Under the pieces are notes generated by a model that was given only the letters and a program-made list of their open reading frames with translations, did no database searches and was not told the origin of the DNA. Position numbers and translations under genes: made by a program. Shown here one piece after another: positions 25,973-35,926 of a DNA stretch of 60,698 nt (the stretch's first letter is position 1; every line of letters starts with the position of its first letter). This stretch comes from a virus (lineage: Duplodnaviria; Caudoviricetes). The stretch lies in the IMG/VR virus record IMGVR_UViG_3300018481_000007, positions 1 to 60,698 of that record, one strand, 5' to 3'.

Positions 25973-28588
25973 TCAGACTCCTACTCTCTGGCGGAGCGCC
26001 GCCATCTTCTCGCGCCGGGCCAGGGCCTTGACCACGGCGGTCACCACCTCGTTCATCGGGTCGTCGGGCTTCTCCACCACACCGGCCGCGACCAGGCTCA
26101 CCTGGGTGCGGTTCTGCACCGACACCACCGGCAGCCCGGCAACGTTGACCGCGAGTGCCGCAACCAACTCCATCTGACCCGGAACCACCTCGCGCCAGTC
26201 GCCGGACACGTCGGAGGCCCGCAGGGCGTACACCTGCTTTTCGGTGGTGCCCGGCCGGACCCAGCCCGCTGCCCAGATGCCGTGCTCGTCGTCACCCACG
26301 CTCACGTCGGCCACCCCGGTCGAGGTGCTGTCGTAGTGCGCGATCGCAGCGCGGAAGTTCCGGCCCGGAGCGGCGTGCCCACCCCCCAGAGAGATGACCC
26401 CGGTGCGGGCGGAGGTTCCGTCGTCGAGCAGCACCTCCTTGCTGGCGTAGTAGGCGTAGTTGCACTGGCTCATCGGCGGTGCGACACAGACGTCCTCGTA
26501 GCCGATGTGGCAGGACGACCACTCCGCGATATGACCGAAGACCCGACCCTCCTCGGTCACGGTGAGATGGGTGGGCTCGGTCAGGTTCGGGTTCTGGAAC
26601 CAGTCCGCCGGGGCCTTGATGCCGCCCGAGGCGACCAGCGAGACGGACGGGGCAGGGTCGCCCTTAGGCCGACTAAGCGACTGCTCCGTCGGTGCCCGGC
26701 CCGGCCAGAAGCCGGTGGCGTCGTGATGCCACTGCGAGCAGATCTGGTTGAGGAAGCGCAGGTCCTCGGGGGAGTTGGCCGCGATCTTCTCCCCGACCAG
26801 GGTGCGGCAGCGGTTGAAGTCGCCCGGCACCCCCCAGTTGATCTTGGCGTAGCCCGGCTGGCCCTTCTTCGTCCAGTAGGCGTGGATGCGGCGGGTGTCC
26901 TCCGGGTGGGTCACCCAGCCCGGCCCGCGACCGAACGTCTCCGCCGCCTCGATGCTCGCCTTGATGACGTCCGGCGGCTCCTCGCCCAACTGCTTGTACG
27001 CACCGCGCAACTGGCGGGCGGCACTGGCCTTGGCCTCGGCCGGGGCGTCCACCTGGTTGAAACGGGACGCTGCGGCGTGCACACCGGCCCGGGACAGCGC
27101 GCCACCCGGCTCCTTGATCGGCAGTTTGTGGCAGGACTTCTCCTCGCCGTCACAGACGTGCAGGATCGTGGACTTCTTCCACTGCTCCGGGGTGAACCGC
27201 CCGGCGCTGCCGTCCCAGGCGGCGTCGGAGATCATCTCCACCACGTTGCCCGAGGTGGCCTGGCTGGCGGACACGGGCACGGTGTCACCGCTGGCCTTCG
27301 GAGCCACCGGCACCCAGCCGGGCTCGTCCTCGTCCATCGGCTCCTCGTCCTTGGCCTTGGCCGCGAGGCACTCCTCGTAGTCCGGGGCGTTCGGGTCGCA
27401 GTCGTCCTCGGCGATGTCGTCGATGTCATCCTCCGGGTTGGCCGACTCGTCTCTCTTCGGCGGGAACGCAGCCTCGTCGGCCCAGGTGCCCAGGGCGATG
27501 TACGCCTCGGCGAAGGCCGGGATCGAGACCAGGGAGGCGGACGCGATTCGCGCCGACGTGAAGGTGACCTGACCGGTCTCCTCGTCGAAGGTGAACTCGG
27601 AGTCATCGGCGTCCACGCTCACCCCGAACCGACCGAACTCGGCCACCAGTCCGACGATCTCGTCGGTCTCCGGGGTGTCGATCCAGATGCCCTCGGCCTG
27701 CATCAGGTTGACGCCGTTCTCGCTCGACACCCGCTCGATGATGTCGATCCGGCCCACCACCGTCGAGCCGTCATGGCCCTCGTTGGTGGCCCGCTGCCAG
27801 GTCAGCGGAAGGGGCAGGTCGCGGTTGCGCAGCGAGTCCGCAGTGAAGCGCCGGCCATCGCCGGACCACGCTCCCTCGGGGGCCAGAACGCCGTGCCAGG
27901 CGAGGGGGGTCTCCAGGGGCATGTCCATCTCCTTCGCAGCGGCGGCGGCCAGGGAGGCGGCCTCCGGTCCGTAGAACGGCACCGGCTGCAGCACGCACCG
28001 GCAGTTGATCGTGTTCTCCAGCGACCCCCGGGGGTCCCCGGGATACAGCAGATTCTCGCCACCGACGAAGAACAGCGAGCCAGCGGGGCGGCGTTGCCGG
28101 TCGGCCGCAGCGTGCGCCTCGCGGACCTTCCTGTCGTGCATCGTCGTCCACTTCAACAGAACCGGACGAGGGTCGTCGACACCGGCCTGGAGGGTTGCCG
28201 CGTTGATGGTGGCCACCGCCAGCCAGGTCGCCGCAGTGGTCGGGTCGGAGTCTGGCTCGGTGTGGGAGAGGACGGACTTCATCGAGTGGATGAACGCGGC
28301 TGTCCGGGCCTTCCGGTCACCGCCCTCGCTCAGGTAGGTGTCGAGGTAGAGCCGGACCAGTTTCTCGGCCAGTTCCTTGACGGCATCCGGGCCCTGCTCG
28401 ATGAAGTCCTTCACCTCGGGCAGCAGGAACGCGATCGCCTCATCCTGGGCGGTGCGCCGCCGCGCCGCGAACTCGATCGACGTGAGTGCCTCGACCCCCT
28501 CGGCGGTGAGTTCGAGGCTCATCGAGAAGGTCTTGTCGGTCTCAACGAAGACGTTCTCCCAGTCCGGACCCTCGGTGAAGACGGTCAT
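25973..28588 (-). CDS. MuF-like minor head protein fused to capsid maturation protease
   Basis: WTTMHDRKVREAH...YPGDP...INCRC; GDGRRF...LPLPL..Q...GHDGSTVVG; GRVFGHIA.W..CH; SGDWR. Confidence 0.85.
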   Translation of the reverse strand: MTVFTEGPDWENVFVETDKTFSMSLELTAEGVEALTSIEFAARRRTAQDEAIAFLLPEVKDFIEQGPDAVKELAEKLVRLYLDTYLSEGGDRKARTAAFIHSMKSVLSHTEPDSDPTTAATWLAVATINAATLQAGVDDPRPVLLKWTTMHDRKVREAHAAADRQRRPAGSLFFVGGENLLYPGDPRGSLENTINCRCVLQPVPFYGPEAASLAAAAAKEMDMPLETPLAWHGVLAPEGAWSGDGRRFTADSLRNRDLPLPLTWQRATNEGHDGSTVVGRIDIIERVSSENGVNLMQAEGIWIDTPETDEIVGLVAEFGRFGVSVDADDSEFTFDEETGQVTFTSARIASASLVSIPAFAEAYIALGTWADEAAFPPKRDESANPEDDIDDIAEDDCDPNAPDYEECLAAKAKDEEPMDEDEPGWVPVAPKASGDTVPVSASQATSGNVVEMISDAAWDGSAGRFTPEQWKKSTILHVCDGEEKSCHKLPIKEPGGALSRAGVHAAASRFNQVDAPAEAKASAARQLRGAYKQLGEEPPDVIKASIEAAETFGRGPGWVTHPEDTRRIHAYWTKKGQPGYAKINWGVPGDFNRCRTLVGEKIAANSPEDLRFLNQICSQWHHDATGFWPGRAPTEQSLSRPKGDPAPSVSLVASGGIKAPADWFQNPNLTEPTHLTVTEEGRVFGHIAEWSSCHIGYEDVCVAPPMSQCNYAYYASKEVLLDDGTSARTGVISLGGGHAAPGRNFRAAIAHYDSTSTGVADVSVGDDEHGIWAAGWVRPGTTEKQVYALRASDVSGDWREVVPGQMELVAALAVNVAGLPVVSVQNRTQVSLVAAGVVEKPDDPMNEVVTAVVKALARREKMAALRQRVGV

Positions 28589-30363
28589 GCCGAGACCTGA
28601 TCGGCCAGCCTCAGCCAGTTCACCAGCCGGTCCCGGCGGTGCGGGGACTGCTCCTTCATCAGCGAGACGCAGTACGAGGTGAGCACCGGCACCACGGTCT
28701 TGCAGTCCGCGATCCCCTCCAGCACCTGGGGTGCACAGGACCAGGCGTCCTCCAGCATCTTCTCGGCGGTGCCGTTGGCCTGGACGTACAGGTGGGTCTC
28801 ATACGCCGGGACACCGGGGGGCTTGGCCACGCTCTGCCGCAACCGGTTGCCCGCCCGCTCCAGGGCTCGGAAGACCAGAGCCTCGCTCGCCGCCACCAGG
28901 GCGTTCTCATCCGGGGTGCGGGGTCGGGTCGGATGCTCCTCAATCGAGGGGTCGGGCCGCGTTTCACGTGGAACAGCCTCGGGCAGGGCGATCGGTCCGA
29001 GGTCCACCCCGAGCACGCCGAGCGCCGCCTGCACCTGCTCCGGGGTGGCCGAGCCGGAGGCGACCTTGATCAGCAGCCAGCGCTGGAACTGGTCCGGGGC
29101 GGGCATGTCCTCGATTGAGAAGCCGTTCTCCCGCAGCAGTGCCTCGGCGGTGATCAGCCCTCGGTCGTACAACTCGAAGGCCTCCTTGCTGCGGTCCGGG
29201 CGCAGCCGCAGGGCGGTGGAGTTGTAGGACACCACCGAGGCGTCGTTCTCGCTCAACAGCGGGCGGAGGTAGCCGACGGTCAGGGCGTTGACGATGACGT
29301 CGAGCATCGGCTCGATGTGCAACTTGATGGTTGACTCTTCAACTTGCCACGCACCCCAGTGGCTGACCGTGCCCGAGGAGGCACCGGTGGAGGTGCCGCT
29401 CATCCCCAGCACCTGCTCCGGGGGGAGGTCCATGCCCAGGGCGAACCGTCGGATGGCCTCGTTCCGCAGACCCATCGACGCGGCGTCCAACTCGGACCAG
29501 AAGGTCAGCAGCCGGGCCTTGTCGATCACGTCGTCGGGGGCGGTGATCACGATCGGCACTACGGCGCTCGGCGAGGAGGGGTCCTCGATCGGCGTCATCA
29601 TCGCGTCGGCCAGCGTCGCCATGAACGTGGTCGCGTCGTTGGTGGTGGTCGGTGGGGAGGTGGTGCCGTCCGGGTTCAGCGTCTCCGGTGGCGGGGGGAA
29701 GGTCATCCCCTGCGGCATGATCAGGATGCCGCTGCCCGCCAGCCGCGAGGTGATCTGCGCGAACACGTGCCGGGTGAGCCACTCGATCTCAGAGAGGATC
29801 GGCAGCAGGGCGCGGAACGGGGAGTCGGCCTCGATCCGGTGCGCTGGGCTCGGCAGCCAGATCCGGATCACCACGTCGTCCTCGGTGAGGTTCACCGCCG
29901 GGATGCCCTGGCCGTAGTTGATCTGCCACTGGGTGCCTGCGACCACCATCTCCAGACAGGAGACAATCTCCCAGGTGTCTACCTCGTCGACCTGGCGACC
30001 GACGAGGTAGCACTCACCGGCGATGGTCAGGTGGGTGCCCAGGCTGTCGAGCATCTGGGTCTGGCCGTCACGACCGTTGAACAGCGCGTTCAGCAGGTCG
30101 GCGGCCGGTCCGGTGTCGGTCTCCACCGGCTGCCCAGCCACGATGGTGGAGGTGTGCAGCGAAGCACGGGACACGCTGTGGCCGAAGAACCTGGCAGCGA
30201 ACCTCGCCTCACCGCAGATGGAGTAGTGCCGGTAGCACTCGGCCTGCCAGTCCTGGCGCGGCTGGTAGATCCGCGCCGCTTTCCCCGGATAGCGAGTGGC
30301 TGATGCCACCATCGAGGAAGTGGGAATCACCACCGCTTCCGGCTCGACCTTGCGTCGTGGCAT
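28585..30363 (-). CDS. Portal protein
   Basis: SRLAGSGIL...AIRRFALGMDLPPE...SHWGAWQVEE; follows TerL. Confidence 0.9.
   Translation of the reverse strand: MPRRKVEPEAVVIPTSSMVASATRYPGKAARIYQPRQDWQAECYRHYSICGEARFAARFFGHSVSRASLHTSTIVAGQPVETDTGPAADLLNALFNGRDGQTQMLDSLGTHLTIAGECYLVGRQVDEVDTWEIVSCLEMVVAGTQWQINYGQGIPAVNLTEDDVVIRIWLPSPAHRIEADSPFRALLPILSEIEWLTRHVFAQITSRLAGSGILIMPQGMTFPPPPETLNPDGTTSPPTTTNDATTFMATLADAMMTPIEDPSSPSAVVPIVITAPDDVIDKARLLTFWSELDAASMGLRNEAIRRFALGMDLPPEQVLGMSGTSTGASSGTVSHWGAWQVEESTIKLHIEPMLDVIVNALTVGYLRPLLSENDASVVSYNSTALRLRPDRSKEAFELYDRGLITAEALLRENGFSIEDMPAPDQFQRWLLIKVASGSATPEQVQAALGVLGVDLGPIALPEAVPRETRPDPSIEEHPTRPRTPDENALVAASEALVFRALERAGNRLRQSVAKPPGVPAYETHLYVQANGTAEKMLEDAWSCAPQVLEGIADCKTVVPVLTSYCVSLMKEQSPHRRDRLVNWLRLADQVSA
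28960..28975. promoter_or_regulatory. parS-like site inside the portal gene
   Basis: Minus strand reads TGTTCCACGTGAAACG, versus canonical parS TGTTYCACGTGAAACA. Confidence 0.7.
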
Positions 30364-30435
30364 CGGTTACTTCCGCTCCGAGGGGATTGACACCTCGGAG
30401 TTTCGCACAGCGGAGTCCAGTCCGGCCAGAACCAG

Positions 30436-30771
30436 TCAGTCCAGCCCGTCGGCGGGTTGGTCGTAGGAAAGCAGGATCGCGGCCCCGTAGGAGACAGGTC
30501 CCCACCAGATGTTGATCAGCCACCAGGACCAGTGAAGATCACTCAGTAGCGCCCAGGCGATCATTCCAGCCGACAGGTAGGGGGCCAGGCAGAAGCCGCA
30601 TTCGGCCAGTTTCCGCCACGGGCTGTCGTCGACCGCCACGAAGAACTTCAGCCGCAGCCAGGCGATGGGCGGGAAGTCGTCGAACACCAGCAGCCGCGCG
30701 GTGCGGGCCACCGAGATGGTCCCGACGATGATGGCCAGCACCCAGATCCACCACGGCTGGTCGAAGATCAC
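30436..30771 (-). CDS. Membrane protein (DUF1360-like)
   Basis: ARTARLLVFD...LR...L.ECGFC..Y; TM segments. Confidence 0.7.
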   Translation of the reverse strand: MIFDQPWWIWVLAIIVGTISVARTARLLVFDDFPPIAWLRLKFFVAVDDSPWRKLAECGFCLAPYLSAGMIAWALLSDLHWSWWLINIWWGPVSYGAAILLSYDQPADGLD

Positions 30772-32207
30772 GAGACCGCTCGCAGGTGCCGGGGGGCCCG
30801 GCGCAGCAGGCTGTTCGGGCTGGCGATGGCTGCGGGCTCCAGCCGCTTCAACAGGTCGGTGCCGCCGTGCACCAGGGCGTCCACCCGGTTCGGGGAGGGG
30901 CCCTCACCGGGCACCCACGAGGTCTGCTCGTCCTCCAGTTCGCCCAGCGCGCCCTGCTTGCCCACGTGGCTGACCATCTTCCGTTCGTAGCGGGCCACGA
31001 TCGGCTCCGCCCGGATCTCCTTGCCCCGGCGGGAGTCGACCAGGATGATCCGGGCACCGCCGTAGCCGGAGGTCTCCAGGGTGTGCTTGACCATCTCGCC
31101 GCCGTAGTTCTTCTCGGCCACGATGGCGTCCGCTCCGTAGGCCTCGTACAGCCCGTTGGCCTTGCTCGCCCACTGCCCCGGGGAGTACCGACCGGTGGCG
31201 TCGTGCAGCACGTACAGGTGCTTGTCGTAGCCGACCCCGATGACGATGATGCCGGTCTCGTCGGAGGACTTGTTCTTCGACCCGGCCGGGTCCACGGCGA
31301 CCACGATCCGCTGCAGCGGCGGGGCCTCGTCGACCCACTGGAACATGTCCCAGGACCACATCGCCCCCTCGACGTCTTCAAGGATCTCGCCGTGCAACTC
31401 CTGGCGACCGAGGCGGGTGCCCTCGAACCGGTCCAGCACGGTGCGCTTGAACGCCTCCGCGAGGTTGCCGATGTTGGCGTAGGTGCTGACCCGGCGGGTG
31501 ATGGTCAGCGGGTCCTTGATCTGCTCCTTCATCCACTTCGTCGGCTTCGGCGTGGTGGTGGCCACGATCTTGGGCCGGTCACCCATCCGCAGCCCCAACT
31601 GCATGTTCGACCAGACCTCGTCCACCAGCGGGTAGTGGGCGGGCTCATCGGCCCAGACGAAGCCGGACTGGGGGCCACGCAGGCGGTCCGGCTCCTCCGC
31701 GCTGAAGCCCTGCGCGATGCAGCCGTTGGGCCAGGTGAGCCGCTTCTTGGAGGGCTCGTACAGCGGGCGTCTGCCAGGAGGAGACGTGGCCAGGATCCCT
31801 GATACACCCTCGACCATGGTCTCGCGCAGGTCGGGCCCGGTGGCTCCGATCAGGAAGATGCGGGGGGTGTGCTCGGTCATCTTGTGGGTGATCTCGGAGC
31901 CGGTCCGCGACTTGCCCGCACCGCGACCACCGGAGAACATCAGCGTCAGCCAGTTCGCCGAGGCCATGTTCGGGGGGCGCTGGTCGACCCGGGCGTGCGG
32001 CCAGTCCCAGGTGCCGTCGGAGTGCGGGTTGCCGTCGCAGGTCCTGATCTTGCAGAAGAACGGGTGCCAGTCGGCCTTCTCGAAGCCACGCAGCATGTCC
32101 AGGGCCTTCTCCTGGAACTCCGGCTTCCACTGCTTGAACATCCCGATCAACTCAGGTGGTACACCTGACAGGTCAGGCGATGTCGGGCTAGGCACGCTGC
32201 GCACCAT
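30768..32207 (-). CDS. terL: Terminase large subunit
   Basis: GGRGAGKS Walker A; LRGPQ..WADE; TTTP; VAVDPA; AEKNYGG; SPNRVDA. Start uncertain (32141-32273). Confidence 0.95.
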   Translation of the reverse strand: MVRSVPSPTSPDLSGVPPELIGMFKQWKPEFQEKALDMLRGFEKADWHPFFCKIRTCDGNPHSDGTWDWPHARVDQRPPNMASANWLTLMFSGGRGAGKSRTGSEITHKMTEHTPRIFLIGATGPDLRETMVEGVSGILATSPPGRRPLYEPSKKRLTWPNGCIAQGFSAEEPDRLRGPQSGFVWADEPAHYPLVDEVWSNMQLGLRMGDRPKIVATTTPKPTKWMKEQIKDPLTITRRVSTYANIGNLAEAFKRTVLDRFEGTRLGRQELHGEILEDVEGAMWSWDMFQWVDEAPPLQRIVVAVDPAGSKNKSSDETGIIVIGVGYDKHLYVLHDATGRYSPGQWASKANGLYEAYGADAIVAEKNYGGEMVKHTLETSGYGGARIILVDSRRGKEIRAEPIVARYERKMVSHVGKQGALGELEDEQTSWVPGEGPSPNRVDALVHGGTDLLKRLEPAAIASPNSLLRRAPRHLRAVS

Positions 32208-32299
32208 AGACCCGAGTGCAGGCGTGTGGCGTAGACGCCGACGCGCAGCATCGTGCCGCAACCACCGGCGCACTTCTGGGTCCAGCGGACCTTCTGCAC
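32147..32299 (-). CDS. 50-aa zinc-finger-like protein
   Basis: CAGGC...WCAAC; TACACT lies 6 nt before the GTG. Confidence 0.45.
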   Translation of the reverse strand: MQKVRWTQKCAGGCGTMLRVGVYATRLHSGLWCAACLARHRLTCQVYHLS

Positions 32300-32330
32300 G
32301 CTTCCAGTGTAGAAACGAAAACCATGTTCG

Positions 32331-32684
32331 TCACCGCACTTCCTCGTCCGTGTTGCCCATCCCGTACCGGCCGACGAAAACCCGGGTGAAGGTGGCGGGA
32401 TGCTCCCGATCCGATGGTCCCAGCAGTTTGGTGTCGTTTCCGGTCGGGTCCCACAGCCGGGTATTCACTGTGCGGGCCTTCGGGAGTTCTGCGATCAGTT
32501 CCTCCAGGTCCAGGTCGAGGTCCTTCGCCAGTTTCTCGCAGACCGCGATCTGGCAATAGCGGGTGTTGCTGAGAATGCCCGTGGCCAGACACGCCTGATA
32601 GATTTTGTAGGGCATCCAGGCAGCGGTGGTGAATTGGATCTTGGTGCGGAACTCGCCGTACTTCTCATCCAGTCGGAAAGGCAT
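32331..32684 (-). CDS. Hypothetical protein, possible ribbon-helix-helix
   Basis: KIQFTT strand followed by two helices. Confidence 0.6.
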   Translation of the reverse strand: MPFRLDEKYGEFRTKIQFTTAAWMPYKIYQACLATGILSNTRYCQIAVCEKLAKDLDLDLEELIAELPKARTVNTRLWDPTGNDTKLLGPSDREHPATFTRVFVGRYGMGNTDEEVR

Positions 32685-32695
32685 TCTTAGGCCGC

Positions 32696-33238
32696 CTAAG
32701 CCGAGTCGGTTTCTTCGACGATCTCGGCGTCGTAGATGTCGTCCTCCTCGACCAGCGGAACCATTGTGGCGGTCATCCGCAGCACCCAGTCCTCCAGTTC
32801 GCTCTGGGTCGGTGTGTGCACCACCATCTCGGTCGGAGCGTTCAGACCGAACAACTTGTTGTGGTCGGAGATCAGTTCCCTAGCGCGGGACTGGGCAATC
32901 ATCTGCTCCGGGTTGTCCGGGTCGATGGCCTTGGTCCAGACCCCTCGCAGCAGCCGGTCAAGCCGAGCCCCGGCCATCGCCCGCATCTTGACCTTGTCGT
33001 CCTCGGTGGCCAGTTGGCGGACCAGTGCGCGCTCCACCGCCAACTTCGCCTGGCGAGGGGTGGGGTAGCCCAGGGTCTGCGCGATCTCGGCCCAGGAGGC
33101 TCCGGACATGGACAGCGACAGGGCGGCGTCGGCCTTGCGGTTGCGCTCCCGCAGGACCCTGCCCTTGTCGCCTCCCTTGATGTCCCCCCGCAGGTCGACC
33201 ACACCGGTCGGATGGGAGGAGTCCTGCCTGGTCGCCAT
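32696..33238 (-). CDS. Terminase small subunit (HTH)
   Basis: ALSLSMSGASWAEIAQTLGY...RLDRL...KLFGLNAP; lies upstream of TerL. Confidence 0.75.
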   Translation of the reverse strand: MATRQDSSHPTGVVDLRGDIKGGDKGRVLRERNRKADAALSLSMSGASWAEIAQTLGYPTPRQAKLAVERALVRQLATEDDKVKMRAMAGARLDRLLRGVWTKAIDPDNPEQMIAQSRARELISDHNKLFGLNAPTEMVVHTPTQSELEDWVLRMTATMVPLVEEDDIYDAEIVEETDSA

Positions 33239-33355
33239 GAGGGGAGGATACGACTACGTGTTCCCTCTCGTCACCCTGTGCGAGACTGCGCTTGTTCGAC
33301 GACCGCCCTCCGAGGGTGGAGCCAAGCCGGTGCAATCCCGGGACGAGGGGACACG

Positions 33356-34498
33356 ATGGCGCGCTGCAGTTGTGGAAACGCCGCCTGCTCGTGCGTCATC
33401 AAGGGTGCCCCCGAGGGTGGTGTGACGGTCACCGGGTCAGGCTCCCCGGAGCGGCCCTACCTGCTCTCCCTGACCTCCGGCGGTGAGCCGCTGGACTCCC
33501 TGGAGATGGTCGACTCCTCGACCGTGACGTGGGCAAGATCGGGTGCAGGCACCCCGGCCGACCACCGCCGCTACATCGCCACCGCCGATGTCGGGATGCG
33601 CGAACTGACCGACGTCTCCAAGACCGACGTGCCGATCCCCGGCGACGTGGTCCAGTGGAACGGGACCGAGTGGGTGTTCGGCGCCCCCGGGGCCACCGCC
33701 GTCCCGGTCTCGGGCATCTTCGGCACCGCCCCGCTGAACCTGTACGGGGCCAATCCCCTGATCGGCCCGTCGATCTACACTGACTCCAACGGCCAGATCC
33801 GGAGCGCGCCCCGCACCATCATCTCGGGCACCTTCGCCCCCACCGACCCGATCACCTCCTACCCGCTGGGTGTCTCGGTGATGACGCTGCTCACCGGGGC
33901 CAACGCCAGTGCCTGGCCGTTCGGGTTCTCGGCCACGGTCACCACCCACCACCGCTACGAGGGTGGCCCCACTGACAACGCGGGCTGGCAGGTCTGGTCC
34001 CGCAACAGCCCGACCTCAGTGCAGATGATGATGCGAACCTCCAGCGGTGGGGTCTGGTCGCCGTGGACCTTCGTCGGTGGGCAGCCCCCGTACTACGCGG
34101 CCTACAAGAGCACGGCCCAGGCGATGCCGGTGGCGAACACCTGGTACACCACGACCTTCGAGAACGTCGAGACCAGCGAGGGCGGGTTCCTCTACTCCGG
34201 CGGTGTGTTCACGGTGCCGATGGCGGGCAAGTACCAGATCAACTTCGCCTCCCACATCCAGAACACCACCACCACCTCCAGCGTCACCCTGGGTCTGGTG
34301 AAGAACGGGGTCTCGATCGCCGACTCCTCCAACGGTGCGGTCGGCAACAACAAGTCCTTCGACATGAACCGCCTGGTGAAGTGCGCGGCCGGGGACACGC
34401 TCTACGCCCGCATCAGGACCAACACGGCGGGCACCACCATGTACGGCGCGGCCGGGGCCCGCTACACCTACATCGACATCACCCTGGTCGGAGGCTGA
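33356..34498 (+). CDS. Tail fibre/receptor-binding protein 1 (Cys-rich N-terminus, C1q-like C-terminus)
   Basis: MARCSCGNAACSC; GVFTVPMAGKY...GDTLY. Confidence 0.7.
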   Translation: MARCSCGNAACSCVIKGAPEGGVTVTGSGSPERPYLLSLTSGGEPLDSLEMVDSSTVTWARSGAGTPADHRRYIATADVGMRELTDVSKTDVPIPGDVVQWNGTEWVFGAPGATAVPVSGIFGTAPLNLYGANPLIGPSIYTDSNGQIRSAPRTIISGTFAPTDPITSYPLGVSVMTLLTGANASAWPFGFSATVTTHHRYEGGPTDNAGWQVWSRNSPTSVQMMMRTSSGGVWSPWTFVGGQPPYYAAYKSTAQAMPVANTWYTTTFENVETSEGGFLYSGGVFTVPMAGKYQINFASHIQNTTTTSSVTLGLVKNGVSIADSSNGAVGNNKSFDMNRLVKCAAGDTLYARIRTNTAGTTMYGAAGARYTYIDITLVGG

Positions 34499-34499
34499 C

Positions 34500-35621
34500 G
34501 TGCCCAGATGCGGCTGCGGAGCCACCTGCTCCTGCCTGATCGTCGCCGGGGAAGGCGTCCAGGTCGACGGCATCGGCACCATCGAGAACCCCTACGAGAT
34601 CTCCTCCGACGCCTCCGAACTGCTGGAGCGGATCGAGTTCGTCGACACCCCCTCGGTGGACTTCACCGTCACCGGCATCGGCACCCTGATCACCCCGATG
34701 AGCGTCCAGGCCGAGGCCACCCTGGCGCTGACCGACCTGACCGACGTGCAGGGCACCCCGGGCAACCAGCAGGTGCCCGTCTGGGTCGACGACCACTGGG
34801 AGTTCCAGGACCAGACCGGCGGCGGCGGTGGACTGTCTCCGTCTGGTACCTGGGACATCTCACCGCTGGATATCTACGGCACCGACGACCTGATCGGCCG
34901 CGAGGTCTACATCGACTCCAATGGACAGTTGCGGGCCAAGCCGGACCTGGTGCCGACTCACCTGGTGGCGGACCTGGGCTCGACGTACCCGACTGGTCTG
35001 TCGATCTTCTACCTCACCGCTGCCCTGTCCGGTCCGTGGCCTCCCGCCGGGGCGACGGCAGCCACCGTCGTCACCACCAAGTCGACCAGCACCACCCAGT
35101 ACGGCGTGACGCAGTGGTGCTACTCCGCCACAGCCGGGACCACCAGAGCGTGGGTCCGTACCGGAACCAATGTTGCTTGGAATGCCTGGTTGGAGGTGGC
35201 CACCTCCGCACCCGCACCGCGCACGTTGCGGCGCAAGTCAACCAGCCAGGCACTGACCACCGCGAGCACCTACTACACGATCACCTTCGACGTCGACGGG
35301 GCCAATGGCACCGGCATCGGCTACTCCGGCGGTGTGTTCACCGTGCCCGAGGCCGGGGTCTACCTGATCAACCCGCTGGTGCTGGTGCAGGGTTCGGGGG
35401 CGCCGACCATCCGGGTGCGCATCATCGCCGCCGGGCTGAATCTCGGCGAGGAGACGGTGATCGGCGGCAGTGGCAACAACACGTTCACCCAGTCCCGCTC
35501 GATTCGGCTCGCCGCTGGGGAGACGATCTACCTGGAGGCACAGTCCACCCTCACCGGGTTCTCCGTCACCGGCTCGACGCCGGCGTACACCATGATCGAC
35601 ATCACCCGCATCTCCGCCTAG
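34500..35621 (+). CDS. Tail fibre/receptor-binding protein 2 (paralog of 33356)
   Basis: MPRCGCGATCSC; GVFTVPEAGVY...GETIY. Confidence 0.7.
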   Translation: MPRCGCGATCSCLIVAGEGVQVDGIGTIENPYEISSDASELLERIEFVDTPSVDFTVTGIGTLITPMSVQAEATLALTDLTDVQGTPGNQQVPVWVDDHWEFQDQTGGGGGLSPSGTWDISPLDIYGTDDLIGREVYIDSNGQLRAKPDLVPTHLVADLGSTYPTGLSIFYLTAALSGPWPPAGATAATVVTTKSTSTTQYGVTQWCYSATAGTTRAWVRTGTNVAWNAWLEVATSAPAPRTLRRKSTSQALTTASTYYTITFDVDGANGTGIGYSGGVFTVPEAGVYLINPLVLVQGSGAPTIRVRIIAAGLNLGEETVIGGSGNNTFTQSRSIRLAAGETIYLEAQSTLTGFSVTGSTPAYTMIDITRISA

Positions 35622-35632
35622 AAAGGACCGTC

Positions 35633-35926
35633 ATGGCATACGCCGACATCGCGGCGCTCCAGCAGGACGCCGACTTCGCCGTGCGGGTGTCCGCCTGCTA
35701 CGCGGTCGAGACACTGACGATCGACGCCGGGCCAGACCCGGGCTCGTGGCAGGCCATGCACTCCTGGGACATGGCCGCCCAGCCGGGCTTCGGGGACGCC
35801 TACGCCTCGGCCATCGCCGGGGGTGTGCCCGACCCCGGCAACAACCCGGCGGTGATCTCCGACGCCATGATCCTGTCCGGGGTACAGTCCCTGCTGCCCC
35901 AGCCGCCCGAGGAGGAGACGCCCTGA
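35633..35926 (+). CDS. Small acidic protein, tandem paralog A
   Basis: AAAGGA SD; MAAQPGFGDAYASA...VISDAMILSGVQ. Confidence 0.75.
   Translation: MAYADIAALQQDADFAVRVSACYAVETLTIDAGPDPGSWQAMHSWDMAAQPGFGDAYASAIAGGVPDPGNNPAVISDAMILSGVQSLLPQPPEEETP

Noticed and set aside
7327-31802. Long plus-strand ORFs opposite the virion genes (e.g. 7327-9531, 23515-25131, 26282-28600)
   Set aside because: Antisense shadow frames typical of high-GC DNA, with no recognisable motifs.
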